Position numbers and translations under genes: made by a program
IMG/VR virus record: IMGVR_UViG_3300031088_000758
Strand: one strand, 5' to 3'
DNA from: a virus
Lineage: Duplodnaviria; Caudoviricetes
Length of the DNA stretch: 64,000 nt
In this document: positions 60,850-64,000 of the stretch, in pieces
Numbering within the stretch: position 1 is the stretch's first letter
How the letters are laid out: each line of letters starts with the position of its first letter
The notes under the pieces: model-generated
Database searches by the model: none
Told to the model about the DNA's origin: nothing
What the model saw: only the letters and a program-made list of their open reading frames with translations

Positions 60850-61422
60850 AACTAATACTCCTAAATCCTTACCGATTACCTAATCTTTTTCTAAAAGATT
60901 TTGTTTAGTATTTCTTTTTGTAATCTCATAATTCTATATATCTTTTAGATTAACAAAATTTTATTAAAAAATCAAGTTTTTAAGGTAATTTTCTCGAATC
61001 CTCTTAAATATAATATCCATATTTCAAAGTTAAAAGAGTATTTTTAGAATACCAATTACAATTTGTTTAGTAAAATATAGGCACACGATTATGCAGGAAA
61101 GTATCGTCAAAATAGTTGACTACAAACCTAAAATAGCAGTTTAAAAGCATGTATGGTTTTTATTTAGGTTCTTAAAATGTGCGTTAAATTCTATGTAATT
61201 TTAATAAAAATATTTGTCAGTATTATTTTGAGTGTTCTATGGTAAGTGAAAGCCAAAAGAAGTCGTGTTTCTGCGATTTTTTTAGAAAATGATGTAAAAA
61301 TTACTAGAAACCTGAGTTTTTGCTGAGAAAAAATGTTGTGTAAAGTTTGAAACTTTGTCAAGTGCTTATTGAGTGTATGCAAATATGATAAATATTGATT
61401 CTTGTTTTTGATTAGTAATCAC

Positions 61423-61480
61423 ATGAAATGAGAACACCCCAGAAGCTTTGTATTTTCATTCTGGGGTGTTCTCATTTCAT
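61423..61480 (-). terminator. 22-bp inverted repeat terminator
   Basis: ATGAAATGAGAACACCCCAGAA / TTCTGGGGTGTTCTCATTTCAT. Confidence 0.75.
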
Positions 61481-61486
61481 ATATTC

Positions 61487-61852
61487 TTATAGTTTTTCGT
61501 TCAATATTTTATGTTGTATGGACCACTGAGTTCCGTTAATAAATATTACAGAAAAAAGCTTTCTGAAAGGAGTGTGAAAAGAATCTTCTATAATTTCTTC
61601 ACTACTTTCGGAGAATACTAGATTGCTATGAATGTTCATCAATTCTATTTCGACCTCTAATGTAGTAGTTTCTTCGTCTACTTCTAGTCCATACCTAACA
61701 CCTTCAAGAAAATAGTTCCTGATTTGTTCAGCCACATCAAAAGTAGTCAAAGAATTCATATGATTAACTAAATTAGATAATTCTAAACTTTCTAAATTTG
61801 TGTCAATTTCAAGTCGTGCGATAAGTTCTACTTCTTCAAAGCTAAGGCTCAT
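61487..61852 (-). CDS. Acidic hypothetical protein
   Basis: GGAG RBS before ATG 61852 (MSLSFEE). Confidence 0.6.
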   Translation of the reverse strand: MSLSFEEVELIARLEIDTNLESLELSNLVNHMNSLTTFDVAEQIRNYFLEGVRYGLEVDEETTTLEVEIELMNIHSNLVFSESSEEIIEDSFHTPFRKLFSVIFINGTQWSIQHKILNEKL

Positions 61853-61886
61853 ATACACTCCGTTTCTTCGTTGTTGCTGATTATTA

Positions 61887-62390
61887 TCAATCACCAGTAG
61901 TGTCATTCCATTCAGCTCTTCGTGCTTCTTGCTTAGTTGGAAGTACCATAAATACTAATAATATTAGCCCTCCGATAGAAGGAATGAATGACAAGAAATA
62001 AAAAGCACCAGAGAATCCAGCATCATGCAATCTTCTCCAGCATATTGCTAATGATGGAACTATCATGGCTAGCCACAGCAAGAAGAATACTATAAAACCA
62101 GCTACCATGAGGAAACTCCCTAGTGGGGATCCAGAATATTCGTAAGTTCCATAGCTGGTTTCTTCCATTGGGGACATTACAGCCCCAGCAATGACAAGTA
62201 TGCTTGGAATTATAGACAACAGAAAAGTGAATAATGTTGCCCACCAGTATTCACTTCTAGATGCATAACCACTAAATCTTGCATATTTTTTAAAAAACCT
62301 TTTAACAGATTGACTAAATGATGCTCCGTATAATGGTTCGCTAAGTGGCGGAGAAATTCTGGAATTTTGTTCATTATTTATAGCGTTCAT
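61887..62390 (-). CDS. DUF805-family membrane protein
   Basis: FFKKYARFSGYASRSEYWW..PSLAICWRRLHDAGFSG. Confidence 0.9.
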   Translation of the reverse strand: MNAINNEQNSRISPPLSEPLYGASFSQSVKRFFKKYARFSGYASRSEYWWATLFTFLLSIIPSILVIAGAVMSPMEETSYGTYEYSGSPLGSFLMVAGFIVFFLLWLAMIVPSLAICWRRLHDAGFSGAFYFLSFIPSIGGLILLVFMVLPTKQEARRAEWNDTTGD

Positions 62391-62410
62391 TATTATCACT
62401 CCCGTATATA

Positions 62411-62454
62411 ATATTATGACAACGCTGATTTTTTAGATAGCGTTGTCATAATAT
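62411..62454 (-). terminator. 16-bp inverted repeat
   Basis: ATATTATGACAACGCT / AGCGTTGTCATAATAT. Confidence 0.6.
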
Positions 62455-62481
62455 ATCAAGAATAGGCTTTGTAGAATACAA

Positions 62482-63321
62482 TTAGTGAGAGAAATATGGT
62501 GAATCAATTATGTCAGTTAGTCTAGGGTTTTCTACTAGTTCTTGAGCGTTTCTTTTGGTCATTTCCCAGTTATACAATAAATTTGGATTTTTTGTATTTC
62601 CAAGTCTGTCAAATTTTTTTAAATCATATGTTAATCTTACGAAAACCCTATCACCATCATATTCGGCAAATCCTGATTCATGTACAGTGTATGCATCCAT
62701 AAAATAAAAAGTATTTGGTTTAGCAATAAATGGCTTTCCGTCAACTTGTAAATCAAAGCCTTTGAAAACATTAAATTTTTCTGGATCTGCTACAACAAAT
62801 GGTTGATTCCAAAATTGAGTTCCCCCGTTAGTAGTGGCAACATAATTTCTTGTAATCTTTGTTTTAGGGTTAATTCTTGTTCCTTGAAAACCATCTACAT
62901 GTAAACCGCCATGTCTTTGCTGTTCTCCAGTTTTTACAGGTTTATTGTCTACCGTGATGTAAGTATAATAGTCTTTCCAATGAGGATTATGATAATGTTC
63001 AACAGAAATCAATTGTTCAAGAGTGTTTTGTAGAGATTTCCATTGTGTGGGAAGCTTATACTCTGATTCATCTGCTAAGCGAATAGGCATATCTAAACAT
63101 CTTTCATTATACGGAAAGTCTAATTTTCCTAGTGTTATTTCCACAGGTGAGTGAACTTCCTCAAAATATCTTTCGTAACTGAAAATTCTTTCATCTTCTA
63201 GTAATCTCTCATGATGAAAAGAAGATTTATTAATGTCTAACAGTATGTATTCATCATTGGCAAATGTTTCAATAATTTCAGCATCAGTGTTTCTCATAAA
63301 TATATTCCTCTCATTAAACAT
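62482..63321 (-). CDS. 2OG-Fe(II) oxygenase-like protein (start may be 63297)
   Basis: QRHGGLHVDG (HxD), GGTQF, VHES (distal His), RVFVRL. Confidence 0.6.
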   Translation of the reverse strand: MFNERNIFMRNTDAEIIETFANDEYILLDINKSSFHHERLLEDERIFSYERYFEEVHSPVEITLGKLDFPYNERCLDMPIRLADESEYKLPTQWKSLQNTLEQLISVEHYHNPHWKDYYTYITVDNKPVKTGEQQRHGGLHVDGFQGTRINPKTKITRNYVATTNGGTQFWNQPFVVADPEKFNVFKGFDLQVDGKPFIAKPNTFYFMDAYTVHESGFAEYDGDRVFVRLTYDLKKFDRLGNTKNPNLLYNWEMTKRNAQELVENPRLTDIIDSPYFSH

Positions 63322-63333
63322 TTGATAATGTTA

Positions 63334-63879
63334 TCAACAAGCGCTTGCTCCACCGCAAGGTCCACCATCATAATATGAATGTCTATAATTAGGTCTAGGT
63401 GTTGTTTTTATTTCTTGCTTCTCGATTTCTTGAGCAATTTCTTTTTGTTCTTTGAGGGAATCTTTTCGTTTTTTGTCAAGAATTAAAATGTCTTCATTCT
63501 GTTGTTTGATTTCTTCATAGATTTTATCTCTATCTTCTTTTGATTTGTCTAAGCTTAAAGATTTGTTAAGGTCTGTTAACTTGAATTTTCGATTTTGTAA
63601 GTTAGATGTAAGATGTTCAACTCGCCTATTAACAATAGCTAACTTTTTGCGGTTTGTTTCTAACGTTTCTTCATTACTAGATGTTTTAGAAGAGGATCGT
63701 TTAACAGTGGAAGTAGTTTTTGTGTCATTCATTTTTTCATAAGCTGCTTTTGCCTCATCTTTTGAATCATAATGTGCAACAACTGTTCCAGCGTCAGTTG
63801 AAAATTTACAGCTTTCGGCTGACGCTGCTGAGCATTTTCCGGCTCTTCCTGTCTCGGGATTAATATGAAATTTATTCAT
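63334..63879 (-). CDS. Coiled-coil protein with N-terminal His/Cys module
   Basis: MNKFHINPETGRAGKCSAASAESCKF..HY. AGGAG RBS. Confidence 0.7.
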   Translation of the reverse strand: MNKFHINPETGRAGKCSAASAESCKFSTDAGTVVAHYDSKDEAKAAYEKMNDTKTTSTVKRSSSKTSSNEETLETNRKKLAIVNRRVEHLTSNLQNRKFKLTDLNKSLSLDKSKEDRDKIYEEIKQQNEDILILDKKRKDSLKEQKEIAQEIEKQEIKTTPRPNYRHSYYDGGPCGGASAC

Positions 63880-64000
63880 TATGTACTCCTGTTTTTGTTG
63901 ATGTTAAAGAACTTTTCTAATTCATATCCAAAAAGAGTCCCATTGAAAAATTCTTTATTAAATTCATAATCAAACAGAGGGTAATCATCTAATGCTTTTT

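Noticed and set aside
61191-61382. 63-aa minus-strand ORF
   Set aside because: No RBS, low-complexity composition, and it lies in an AT-rich spacer.
10-63742. All plus-strand ORFs in the track (e.g. 3930-4484, 5953-6390, 31932-32377)
   Set aside because: They are antisense shadows of long minus-strand genes, rich in Ser/Phe/Leu and with no recognisable motif.

Overview
AT-rich window (roughly one-third G+C, estimated by eye) of about 50 densely packed genes, all on the minus strand. It looks like part of a very large conjugative extrachromosomal element (megaplasmid/ICE-like), not a chromosome and not a phage virion module. Bases 1-48.6 kb are a dispersed Gram-positive-type transfer region: VirD4/TraD-like coupling ATPase, TcpC/VirB8-like, TcpD/VirB2-like, an N-terminal-half-only VirB4-like protein, three giant VirB6-like paralogues (one with an inserted M23 peptidase), a lysozyme plus NlpC/P60-like hydrolase and a tandem MobC-like protein. 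These are mixed with Tad-type parts (CpaF/TadA ATPase interrupted by a class-3-type LAGLIDADG intein, two TadE-like pilins, a degenerate prepilin-peptidase-like protein), three sigma-70-family proteins, two HU-like proteins, an SbcC/Rad50-like ATPase and PIN-PhoH. Bases 48.7-64 kb hold replication and accessory genes: DnaG, NrdH-like, Orn, YqaJ-like exonuclease, rIIA-like GHKL ATPase plus WYL, PrimPol-HTH candidate Rep, DUF805 and a 2OG-Fe(II) oxygenase-like protein. Two signals stand out. First, a strand-specific GATATT(A) motif upstream of about 17 genes, probably a private promoter for an element-encoded sigma factor. Second, a shared His/Cys N-terminal module (KFHINPxTG..G.CSA...CKF...HY) on otherwise unrelated proteins, possibly a sorting or translocation tag. 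All family calls come from motif recognition by eye; no database searches were run.
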